A stretch of 64,000 nt of DNA from Candidatus Omnitrophota bacterium (lineage in GTDB: Bacteria; Omnitrophota; Gorgyraeia; 2-01-FULL-45-10): NCBI GenBank assembly GCA_041661345.1, contig JBAZUO010000001.1:11298-75297 (forward strand), read 5' to 3'. Shown piece after piece: positions 10,301 to 22,300 of this stretch. Within the stretch, counting starts at the first letter, position 1. Each line of letters starts with the position of its first letter. Under the pieces are notes generated by a model that saw only the letters and a list, made by a program, of their open reading frames with translations, had not been told where the DNA came from and ran no database searches. Both the position numbers and the translations under genes were made by a program.

Positions 10301-13300
10301 TCATTAGCGATGTCATAGAATAATTCAATATCATCCATACAGAGCCGTCCGTCCGAGTGATCGGAAGCTGAAACCGTAAGACGGACTATCGTGCCGGCGG
10401 ACAATCTATCCCCTTCAGCAAGAAGCAACATTGATATAATAGGTAATTCCCGGTATTTTTTACCTTCTTTGATTTCCAGCTTAAACAGAACTCCCGGAAA
10501 TTCCATTATCTTTTTCACGACAGATTCTAAAAGTTGATATGGGAAAAGGTGATGCTGCGTATTGAGCTCTAATTCTCTGCTGATACACATTCCGGCTGTT
10601 TTTGCCGCTATAGGCGGCTGCACGGCAGGCGATTCGGCTTTACCGGCTCCTGACAGGGTATCCCCCTGTAGGATGGCAGCTTTCTCGGGAACAGTATTAG
10701 CCGCGGCTGAGGATGGCGTTTTATCTTCAAAGTTTCCTGATAGCTTGTTGTATACGAAAATTCGACTTATCGCTTCAGGAGGCACATCTTCTCTTGTTGT
10801 ATCAGAGTCATCATATCCCGGAATTTTAGATTTTTCGCATTGAAGCACCACAATTACAAAATTCTCTTGAGGCTGGCCATACTTATACATGCCAAAAGCC
10901 CAAAAAGCTGTCTTCTTGGGATCTTGCTCAAAATTATAATAGTTTTTGTCAGTAGTTAAGTCGGATATTAACAATCCATCATGAAAAATTTTATTAAGGT
11001 CCTCTACGGTTAACCTCATACCGCGGTACCTAAATTTCTCACTGTCTGCAAGCATTGATGCCGGCATCGATTTCTTGCTTCCAGATAAAAAAGAACTTGC
11101 AACATCATCCCAGGTTCCACCAAATTCTGCTAAGTCGCGATAAATATGCACTGGTTCTATCATGACTTGCGGCGTCGGTCTTTTGACTGGCGGTTCCGCG
11201 GCCGAAGCGGTTTTTTGCTGATTAATTTCTCCGTACGTTTGTGGCACATTTAAACTAACTGGCGGTTCTTCCACTGAGGGGAATTTGGATTCAACCGGAT
11301 CCTTATGCTGGCGCGGTTCCCTCCTGGATCCCGGCGCTTTCTTATCGCCGCGCTTCGCGCTCGGCACCGATGCAAGCGTAATTGGGGACGCTTTCATTTC
11401 CGAACTTGATTTTGAAAGCGTCCCTGAATCTATTTGTGCAAAATACCCTTCCGCCATCATCTTATCCGCGCGACCAAGGTATCCGTTATTGCGTAAATAG
11501 GCAGCGCCGTTTTCATAATCGGTCTCGGTCACTCTAGCAGTGCGCTCGTATTCCGGAGCTTCCTGATCATACGGATCCACATCTATTATTCCCCATTTCT
11601 CCGTATGAGCCACATATTGGAATGGCTGATCTTCCGCTTTGCTAAACATACCCATAAGCGATGCCTTCTCGCCTAAAGACCTTAACAGGTAAATAACCAT
11701 GCAAGCATTACTCAAGCATCTTCTAAGATCGAAACTTCTTACCGCAGTTTTGACCTTAGTTATTAATTCAGCGTCTTTCTTTGCATTAGGCGCTTCCCGT
11801 AATAGAATAGCCTGGGACGCGTTACTTTGGGACTGGCCACTCACATCCGCTGCGGTTGGAACAAAACTTTTCATCTCCCTATATTGCGCAAACTCTTCCG
11901 GCGTAATCAGGGACGTTTTCATTTCTAAGTTCAAGCCTGTCCCCCCTGGCAAGGTTGCCGGGGACACATCTGATCTTGATTTTGAAAGCGTCCCTAAATT
12001 CTCCACCGCGGATGGGGCTGTCAACTCTGCGGCCGACGGCTGTCGCAGGGTGTCCCCTTGTGGGATGGCACCTTTTTTAGCGTTTGCGGCTTGCGCGGAT
12101 AATTCTTCGATGATCTTCCCGTTAAATAGGGCGGCTTGTTTGGGATCTATATTCAGCGGCACGCCGGCATTGTCCCTATTAAGCTCTGAACTATTAGTTA
12201 GGAAAGAAACTTCGCTTCTTCCGGCTATTGAGATAATATAAGGTTTCATCGCTTCAAATCGCTCCCGGGCCTCAGAATCTTTCATGCCAGGATTAAGGCC
12301 TACTATGATATCTATATCGAGATCGGCAACGCCTCCGCTTATCTCCATAGCGGCCAATTCAGCAAGGTCGTGCTCCTTCTCCGGAATCACTACATGTTTT
12401 AATGGTATCCTGGTAGCAGGGTTAAGAGCATCTAAAGAATGCGCAGTGTCAAGCCTATCTATGACGCCAGTAGTAGCCAAATAACCAAGATAATCGCCGC
12501 TGGTTAGATTGGAGTATCCAAATTTTACCTCTTCTTGCCAATCGATATCTTTTTTAGAGCCCATTTTCTTGCCCATATACGACCCAAAATCTCCATGAGC
12601 ATCAAGGTGTCTCCATACAACACCTCCGTTATTAATAATATTTTGCATTGACGGGCCATAATGCTCAAAGGCAAAGGAATAAGACAGGTTGTGCTGGCCG
12701 CCCCAGTAAATCCTCTTGCCATTTGCCAATATTATAATTACAAAATAACCATTACCTACTTTATATTTTTTGTCATTTATGGACACTTCGATAACCGGAT
12801 ATATTACAGATTGCTGTTGTTCAATTTCATATTGCCTCTGTTCGATATTAGCGGCGCCAAATGTAAACGGCTGATCCAGAGAAATGGTAATAGGTACAGC
12901 GGCTGATATGGCATCTTTTGGACTGTCATTATTTTTCTCAACCTGATCTCTTAAGAATACTTCAAAATCCTTTACCTTTATCTTATTTCGCTCGCCTGCG
13001 GGCCTTACAATCCGTCTGTAATCGACAATATTATCCGGCGTAAGAATAAATGGCCCATATCCGGATTTCATTAAAATATAGTTCAAGACAAAACTTGCGG
13101 CCCTTTTATTACCGTCGTTAAAAGGCTGGAGGTTGACTAACCTTACAAAAACGTGGGATGCCGCCTTAATAGGGTCTTGCTCTATCTCGGCGCTAAACTT
13201 ATCGGAAAACATATATTTAAATACTCTTCTGGTATCAGATATGTTATCGCCCATTTCGGCGCCATAACTACCGGCGTTTTTAATTACACCGCTGCTGCCT

Positions 13301-16300
13301 AACGTGGCATGAAATGTCTGGTATTTCTCCTCCATACGTTCAGCTGTCATGGGGCCGTTTAATATGAAGTCGTTAAAACTCCTGACCGCGGCGCAATATT
13401 GCGTCACCAATGACGGCACAAAATCTGTTTCGCCAAATTCCTGATCCGGATCAAGTTGCTGATTTATATATGAGATATCGCGCTGAATTTCATGCAAATT
13501 TCGCCCTACCGCTTCAATATCAATCTGGCTTCTGACTCTTTTACTGTGCCACACGCGTGAACTGGACATATCCCGGAGCGATGCTGCCGATAATCCCACA
13601 CCTGTCCCTGGTTTCGCAGCCTGATCGGGATTCTTTTTAACGGTCAATATATTCTCGGAAGCGCTGCTTCCCGGCCGCGCTTCGGCAACAGCCTGCGCGG
13701 CAAGTTTTGCAAGCGACGGATCCTCGCTTCTGGCAAAGGCAAAAAATGGATTGAGGCTGCTTGATCTGGCTATGCTGACGAGCGTTTCATATGCTGTAGT
13801 ATAAAATTCGTCTTTTTGTGGATAAGATGCCAGGGCGATAAGAAGATTGGGAACTATCATGTTGACGGGAACTAGATCACTATTATTTCCGCTTAATATG
13901 CCTAGATACTTAATCGCTTCCAGCTTATATTTAGGGATATAGGGCATCGCAAGCCCTTTTCTAACTTTAGATAATTTTGTTAGCACATCAATAAACGGTA
14001 CAATATCCTCAGCTGGCCCGGCCCTAATCTCCATCCACACAATATGAGTAAGCGAAAGCAGAATAGCGGGGTCATGCTCAAAATATTTCGACATCGCCTC
14101 TAAAAATTCCTTATCTCTTAATAATGGGCTGTAATCCAAAAATATATCATCTATCTTCCTGTGAATAAAATCTTCGTTATCATTTTTTCCGACCGAATAC
14201 GCGAGGGCGACGAATTTGCCGAAACCCTGTTTATATCTGTCCTGGCATGCAATACTCAGCCTTATCTTGTCACGGGCATTTGCTATCGCCCCTTCTTTAA
14301 TACCCGGAACTCTAACTAGGTACTTGATCTGGGCAAAATTTCTGCCCTTTTCAAAAAGGACCATTCTGCCTTTGGACGACTCGGGTATTAAGGCCTGGGC
14401 CATGGACTGCCTTTGTGTTGCAGTGAAACCAAGTATCTGCAATAACCTGTCATTGCCTTTCGGATCATTTACGGCCTCAAGAATCGCCCTGTCAATCTCA
14501 TCCTGAGACGCATCCGGTTTCAATCCCTGACCCGCAATAAGCGAGCTAAGGGACGTCCTATCAACCGAAAACGCCGCATCACCTTCGAACGCCGCGCCAA
14601 CACCCTTCTTTCGGTCGCTTTCTGCTTTCTGTGTTTCTTCTGTTTCGCGGATGAATTCCAGAATCTCTCCTTCATATTGCCTGCCATAATAACCGCGTCC
14701 CATTCTCAATATCGCGCTTCTCAAATCAGGAGTTAAAGTAAGCCCCAGAAAAAACAACTGTTTCAGCTCATCCAAAATTATCCTTGCCATCGGAACGTCT
14801 TTGCGCCCATCCGAAAATCGTATCGTTTGATTCAGGTTAAAACCGTCTATTGCGCTCGTTACGCTTTCTTCCGGTTTCGCACGGTCCCGGGCCGCATCTT
14901 CTCTAAATGCTCCTAAAGAATATAGTAAACGTACCGCTCTCATACTAATAAGCGCGTTGTAATCATCGGACGACCATCTCCACGACGGTGCTTTAAACGG
15001 CAAAAATTTCAACAGGAATTCGGCCCTCTTCCTTTTTGAAACGGTAATTTCATCAGAAGCTTCATAGTTATTTCCGAGTATCGTCATGGCTTCAAACAGA
15101 TAAGAATAGCCTTCTCCTGAGGACAATAGCTCCATAAACTTATCTTCAGCCTTATATATCTCTTCTTTGGAATCAGGAAATCGCTTAGTCAGATTTGAAT
15201 ATCTTTGCAATAACGCGTTTACACGCACGTTCGTTACGCTTTTTTGGACTGTCTCATCTTTTATTTTATCCGCGAAGACCTTAGCCGTATCAAGAAATTT
15301 AATAAACGCTTCGTCGGGCATATCCGTTAAACCGCTCTTTCTTATAACGGCCGACCTCCATATATCAGGCATCAACATGATCGCTCTCGTAACTGCCCCG
15401 TCAAAGAATTTATCTTCCGCTGTATGCCCGGCAATCAGGGGCATATCGGCTTTTCCCAGTATCCTGCGATAAGCCGACATCACCAATTCTTCATTTTTCA
15501 GACGCGAGGCGGCATGTCTTATATGGAATAGTAATAAATAGCTCTTAACATTCGCAAATGTCCTGTTTAGCGCGTCTAAAAACTCTTTTTGTTGGGATAC
15601 GCGTACTGTCTTATATTCAACAAGATAACTAAGGGCCCCTATTATCGCGGCCTGCTGATAAAAATCCCTGTTTTCCAGCCCTTTACATAGATATGAATAC
15701 ATATCATTAGAACTCTGAGCAGCATTCAGCAGCGCCGTTGTAACATCTTTAGTGTATGGCGCAGCCTTAGTCAATAATAGTTCGACCAACTCCGCATCCG
15801 GGAAACATGCCGCGCCTTCGATTGCCATTCTGGCCGTTATCTGGTTATCATCTTTGCGTAATTCACCGGCGATGAAATCCCTTATGCGGGCCCTGCATGC
15901 CGGCGTTCCATTCTTTGCCAGCTTCGGAACTATGATCCGCTGCAGATATAATCTATTGATCCTGTTTTCCGGTGATTCCACAAATGCCGAAAGTTCAGCT
16001 TCAATGGCTTCATCTTTAAAAGAAACGGCCCTGTCAATAGCGCCGAGCCGGTCAATGAAATTATCCTCCCGCAAACGTCTTTTCAGGATACCTGCCGCCT
16101 TATCCCGTTCTCCATACATGCAGAAATACTCCAGCTCCTTACCCATGGAAAGAAACGGATAAGGCCCTTCCGACTCCGCTACTATAAGGCCATGTACATC
16201 TTTATCAAATATATTATAGAGATCCGTCAAAACGGAAATCGCCTGAACGCCTTCCTTAAAACCCTCACCCTGGAAAAGCGCTGGTAATTGGCTGGTATAA

Positions 16301-19300
16301 GCCCTGTCTACTACCCACATTATCGTCGATGTAGTCTCCCTGCCTTCCAGCGAACCGATCTCCCAGATAGGGTTTGCGCCGAGTTCGAGGTATATGTCGT
16401 TACCCGCCTGCCGCGAAGAGGATTCGTGGTCGGTCACGGTAAAGTGGATCACTTTCCCGCGCAGTGTTGGATCAAAGAATTTTTTCGCAGCCTCCAGCAC
16501 CCTGCAAAAACGCTGCATCTTTTCATCATCTGGATATTGTTTCTTAAGCGCATCGATCTCGGCGCCGGTATCAGCGCCTTCAGCAAAGCTTATCCGCCCG
16601 GTATGCGCATTTGCGCTTTCCAAAACACTACCGATTTCCGATGCGGGTAGATTATCGGCAAGAATCTTTAATGCTACGGCCTTGCCGGCGTTTCCGGCAG
16701 TACACGGAAAATCGAACTTTAAGCCATTGTCACGCATCAGTGTAAAGATGTCCTGAAATGATAAGCCATTACCTTTATAACGGGTATGCATGTCGGCCAG
16801 GCTCTTATACCGGCCATCCGGCAGGTCAAGTTCCTGCACCATAAAAAGATGATAACTGTTTGCAGGTAACATAATATAGAGGCCGTTGTCACGCAGCTCC
16901 CGTCCGCTGCGAAGATACACCTCCCCGGTCAGACGGTCGGTAAAAGCAAAATATTGAGAGGGTACGGCCGATATGCCTAATTGGCCGGCGGCTTCTCCTA
17001 TCGGGATCTGGCTTGATATATCCCAATCAGCATAATTTCCGACAACTACCGCGGACCTCACCTTGTTAGTAGCATTATCTCTATCATAACGGGCAAAACT
17101 GAGAAGACCTGGATGCGAAGTATTGAATACAAATAATTGCCCTTGTCGTAGTAGGGGATCTTGCGCAATTGAGATAATTTTCCTGAATAACTCCTGTATC
17201 TGAGGCCTGGGCCTATCCACCAATGATAATTGATACCATTTTGCAGTCGCGCGCGCAAAATAGCCCTTGATCTGTTCAATAAGCACTATCGGCATTCCCG
17301 GCATGGCCGCTATCGCAAGAAATTGATTTTGTAAAATACGGCTGACTTCTTTTGGAAGATCTCCGTATCTTTTTATAGCGGAAGGTTCGTCATCGTGCGA
17401 AATGATGCTGTACGCCCTCTTGAATTGTTCACCGATATACTCATTCATTAGATATTCTTTCAACTGCTCGATCCTGCCTTTATTGAGAAGGTTGAATACA
17501 TGTGTCTGCGAAATGTAGTCAAAGCCGCAGCGTTCGAGAGCGTCGAACAGCCAGTACGCCTCCGCTATAAATAACGCCTTAGGATTTATAGTGCGTACCG
17601 CCTGGATCATCTCGTCCCATAGCTCCCTGGGCCAGTACCAATTGATATCACGTGGACCCGCCAGGTTAGGATGATGCCACCACATATCGAGAAATCCTCC
17701 TCCGCCATCCTTAACCGTATTCATAGCGCAATCACAGCGGAACCCTTCGACCCCCTCTCTGGCAAATTGGACCGCAGTATCTATGAGGGCCCTACGGACA
17801 TTAGGATTGGTGACATCCAGAAGTGCCATATCGCGCCAGTACTCACCCCTATTTCTCATAGCCGATTCCGTACCATGTGCAACCAGTATCCATCTATTAA
17901 GCTTCGTGGAACAATGTAAAAAATATCCCGGATTCGCTAAAAGTATCCGGTCAAAAAGCTCTACCAGTTCCACGTGGGCGCTATTCCATGCGCCGGCGTT
18001 ATCTTTGTCGGGAAGGTTACGCATGGCACTCAACGCAAATAGCTTCTCATTGTCTTCATATGAAATATCTTTATGGACATACCAATAATCATCGCCCTCC
18101 TGCAGGCTTTCATCCTTTAACCACTTACAGTCGATAGCCGTACTATGGGCAACCAGGTCCAGGGATATGCCAATCTTTAGCTCCTTAGCTCTTTGCAGAA
18201 GGCGCCTGAACCCTTCCCACCCCCCAAGCTTTGGATTGAGCAGGAAATTATCGGGTATCGAAAATGCTGAAGCTATAAAGTCCGTGGTATCATGAGAACC
18301 ATTCCTGACCACGGAAATAACACGCCCTTCCTCGTCGCGATCGTAATAAAAATTGTGGACATTATCATCTTGTTCACCCTGGGACTGCTTGCGGCTTACT
18401 TCGCTTTCCCGGTATGCACCCAGAAGGTAGACGTGTTTTATACCCATACCGCTTAACGCTTCGAGCTCTTTCACTATATCGTCAAATGATTGGAATAACC
18501 TCGCATTAACGGATACAAGCACGGAACCGCGCTCCTGACGGGATAGGCTCTCCCTGTAAGAGCGTGTCTCTTCAGGCAATTTTTGCTCGCACGTCTGCCA
18601 TAGCTTGTCAGCGGGCATCAATTCCGCCTGCTGCAGCAACTCGGCAGGTATTTCTACATTGCCTGGTACAACCTCGTCTTTCTTCGCTAAGAGCGCCTCG
18701 AACGTCACGGGCATCCGCCAGTTCCAGTTCTTGTCGTGAACCTTCCCGGGCTCGTTTATTCTGGATATCCTTGGAGATACTTTTAGCTTACCCTGGATCG
18801 ATCGGCAGCTGAAATCTGCCTCATCCATGACAGTATACATTCTGTCTTCGGCAAATTGCGGACTCTCTTTTTCCCCGATACTTACTCCATATGCATTTGC
18901 AAATTCTGCCGTTCTCCTTCGCTCCCTATCGGAAAAATTTTCGTAACGACCAGCAAACGTTGGTTCCGTATCATGTGTTTCACTTACTGCAAGCATGTGC
19001 GGACGTGTAGCTATTCCCGAGTCTCTCCACCCTATTACATTGTATAGGTAAAGGTTCGGTAATTTTAATGAGAGCTCGTCCAGCATATTCCTTACATTTT
19101 CCGGACGCTCACCCAGGTCTTCACCGATAATAAGTAAATTACTGGCTAACGCAGCGCTAGCCAGTTCTGTTATGGTTTCACGCCCTGCCTTCTCCATATC
19201 GGCGGGTAACGCGGGGTAAAATTTACCTTCCAAAGCCTTCTTACCTTCTTCTACCAGCCATTCCGAGCACAATCCCAGTAGGTGGTCTATTCTTACGCCA

Positions 19301-22300
19301 TGATAAAATTGGGCCGCATATGTTATACGCCGTTTCCAGTAATTCAGAACTTCCTGCCTCTTTTCACCCCACCTATAAGCAGGCAATCCCCAATTCTGCC
19401 CATCATCATTAAACTGGTCTGCGGGAGCGCCGGCATTTTTTTCGAGGTCGAACAACTCCTGGTTGGCCCAGACGTCGGCACTGTTCTTTGACGGATATAT
19501 CGGCAGGTCTCCTATCAGGAATTTATTAAGTTCATCGGCATGTTTTTTTGTCTTAAGCGCTCTCTTGTAATATAGCCACTGCGCATATTTATAAAATTCG
19601 ATCTCTTTACTATGTTCCTTCTTGAAACGCTCGATGTCCTCCTTATTATTCGGATTCCCGGGATCCCGGTATTGCTCCTCCCACTCGCGCCAGTATTTAC
19701 CTTTATGATGATCTAGTAAAGTATGGAATAGCGCATAATTGGCAATCTCTTCACGAAATTCGTAATTATTTACATAGCTTTCAAATTGTTTAAATTCTTC
19801 ATTCTTCGGATCGGCGCTGCACTTGGAACAAAATTTTTCGAATTCCCGACTCAACACGTATTCCTTAAAAGCATATAAAAGCTGATAGTCGACTCTTTGC
19901 GAACTTTTAGCGTCAGATAATTTTAATTTAACATATGCCTCTATCTTGTTTTTTAATATTTTTTCATCCCGCACTACGATAACTCCTTGTGCAGCCATTT
20001 CCCTGATAAGTGACGGGCTTATATCCGCACCGGGGTCTATATAGTGAAGTTTAAGGTATGATTTTATGAAATCCGATTGCGTGGCTACAAACGATTCTAT
20101 ATACGCTTCGCGTTGTTTTTTATCTATCATCTCATCAAGCGGCAGATTCATGATAGCATTGTTAGCAAAAAGGCTTATGCTGTTATATGGGCTTGGCTCG
20201 CTTGACGACGTTTGATTCGTAGGGAGCAAAAATGCCATGTCGTAATCTTCATGCGCCAGATAATCTACGAATTTATCTAATGATGCCAGGTCTCCGACGC
20301 CATCGTCGCCTTCACGCCGCATAGAAAATAGCGGGCATAGAAGCCCGCGCCGCTTTTTTTCAGTCCACCAGTATTTTACCGGAGCGGCCTTATTGCTCTG
20401 CGATAAAACATTTGCAAGATACGGCAATCCGACAACCGACGCAGAAATTATTGCGCAGAAATCGGACCAGGTAAAATGGCCGGACAAAAGTAATTTGACT
20501 AATAAAACTGCTATAGCCGCAAGAATAATGAAACTCTTGATAAAATATGTGATCGAGAAATTTTCGAGACTGAAAATGCTGGGGGTGCTTGATGGCAGAT
20601 ATATCTTCGTGCTCCACGGAGGAAGATTTATCTCTTCTTCACGGCCTTCTACGGGTACTTTAATATTGCCTGTAAAATTATTGCAATAATTTACTATTAT
20701 GATCGCTTTTTTGCCGTTATATTCACGCTCAAACGCTATAACGGTATCCGGATTGCCGATATCAAGAACTTTACAACTGCCGAATCTAAATATGTCGTGA
20801 TATTGTTTATTATGTATGACGCCTCCCAATGTCTTATATTGGTCAATGACTTGCTGATTATCCTGCTGAGGCGGGCCGCGGATGAGATTTGCCTTAGCTA
20901 TCCAGTCTGAATGTCCTTTCTCCTGCCCTTCATATACTAAAGAACTCCCTGGAAGTGTATACAATAATGTCGCGGCCGCAAGGGAAGCCGGCATGGAATC
21001 TTTCTCGCCTATACTATGTTTTAATAGATTGATAATCCTGTCTTCCGAGTCATGATTTTCAAGATACTTTATGAAATTTTTCTTCCCAGACGCACTCACA
21101 TAATCTCTGAGAAATCTTTTTATACCCTGAACATCCCTATTTACCATACATTTCAGGAAATAGTCTTCATAATAGTAATCAAACCCTAAATCAGCGGCAA
21201 GATTACTATGCCCATGGCTTCCGTACATCTCGCCGAGTATCACAATGTTCGGGTATTTTTTCTTCAAATCTTTTATGGTAACCTTCCAGAAATCCTCTCC
21301 GGGATAGATTTTATTGAATTCTTCTTCCGACAGATGACTAAACCAGTTCCATCTTATATAATTCTTTGTGGTAAGAAATACCATGTCGAGCCGTATCCCT
21401 CCACCATTAGTTAACTCGGCGGCTTTAAACAAGACGCTTCTCATATAATCACGCATGGCTTTTTGAGTATAGTTAAATTGTACGTCATCTATCCATGGCA
21501 GGCCTTTCCCGTCGTTATATCTCACATCTCTTCCATAATAGAATACATTTTGAGAGGTTGGTTCGGGGATAGTCGAATCTTCTTTTCCGCAAGTACCGGC
21601 CTGAAACACCGGATTGGGGGTATTTTCCGGTTTCAATTTTAGGCGAGTCCTATTCCCTTCTATCCACAGCTTGGCTTCATCTTCGGAAAGATTTGATGAA
21701 AGGCTCATGAAATATTCCGGGCATTCTTTGAATAACTGACTGTCTACCGCCATATGATTAGGCACAACATCGATCATGACCGCAATCCCAAGCTTATTTG
21801 CGCGTCTTACGAGATCTCTGTATTCTTTTTCGCCTCCCAAATCTTTCGCTATTTCATAATCCGTTATCGCATATGAACTTGCGGCGCGCTCCATAGGTTC
21901 CTGATTTTTATTGCGCCAATAATCATTCACCTCTTTCGAATATGGGCTCGTCCGCCACACACCCATAAACCACAATATGTTAGCTCCTGATTCATCTCTA
22001 TACCTCATAAGGTCTTCATCGGTTATCTGACTGAAATGCTTACCCGTCGCTCGCATATTTATTTCGTATATTATTTCATCACCCTTTTCGGCCTTAGATG
22101 CTGATCGCCGCTTAAATAATTTACCTAAAAACACGGATGCAAGCAGCGCAGGCATTATAAAAATGTAAGGATGTCCGGATAACACTGCTGCCGCGACAAC
22201 GCCTATTATGACGGCCGATAAGACACAAGCGCCCGCATATTCGGACTTGAAAAACCTCTTTAAAGACTCAGCCGCTTTTCTAAACGGCTCCAAGGCCTTA

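Noticed and set aside
9550-11250. Possible HPr-like (IISMLLLAEGDRLSAGTIVRLTVSASD), methyltransferase-like and ADP-ribosyltransferase-like (FRYRGMRL) segments in giant 1
   Set aside because: The resemblances rest on a few residues each, and I cannot line up the full catalytic motif sets by eye. They are too weak to report as findings without profile searches.
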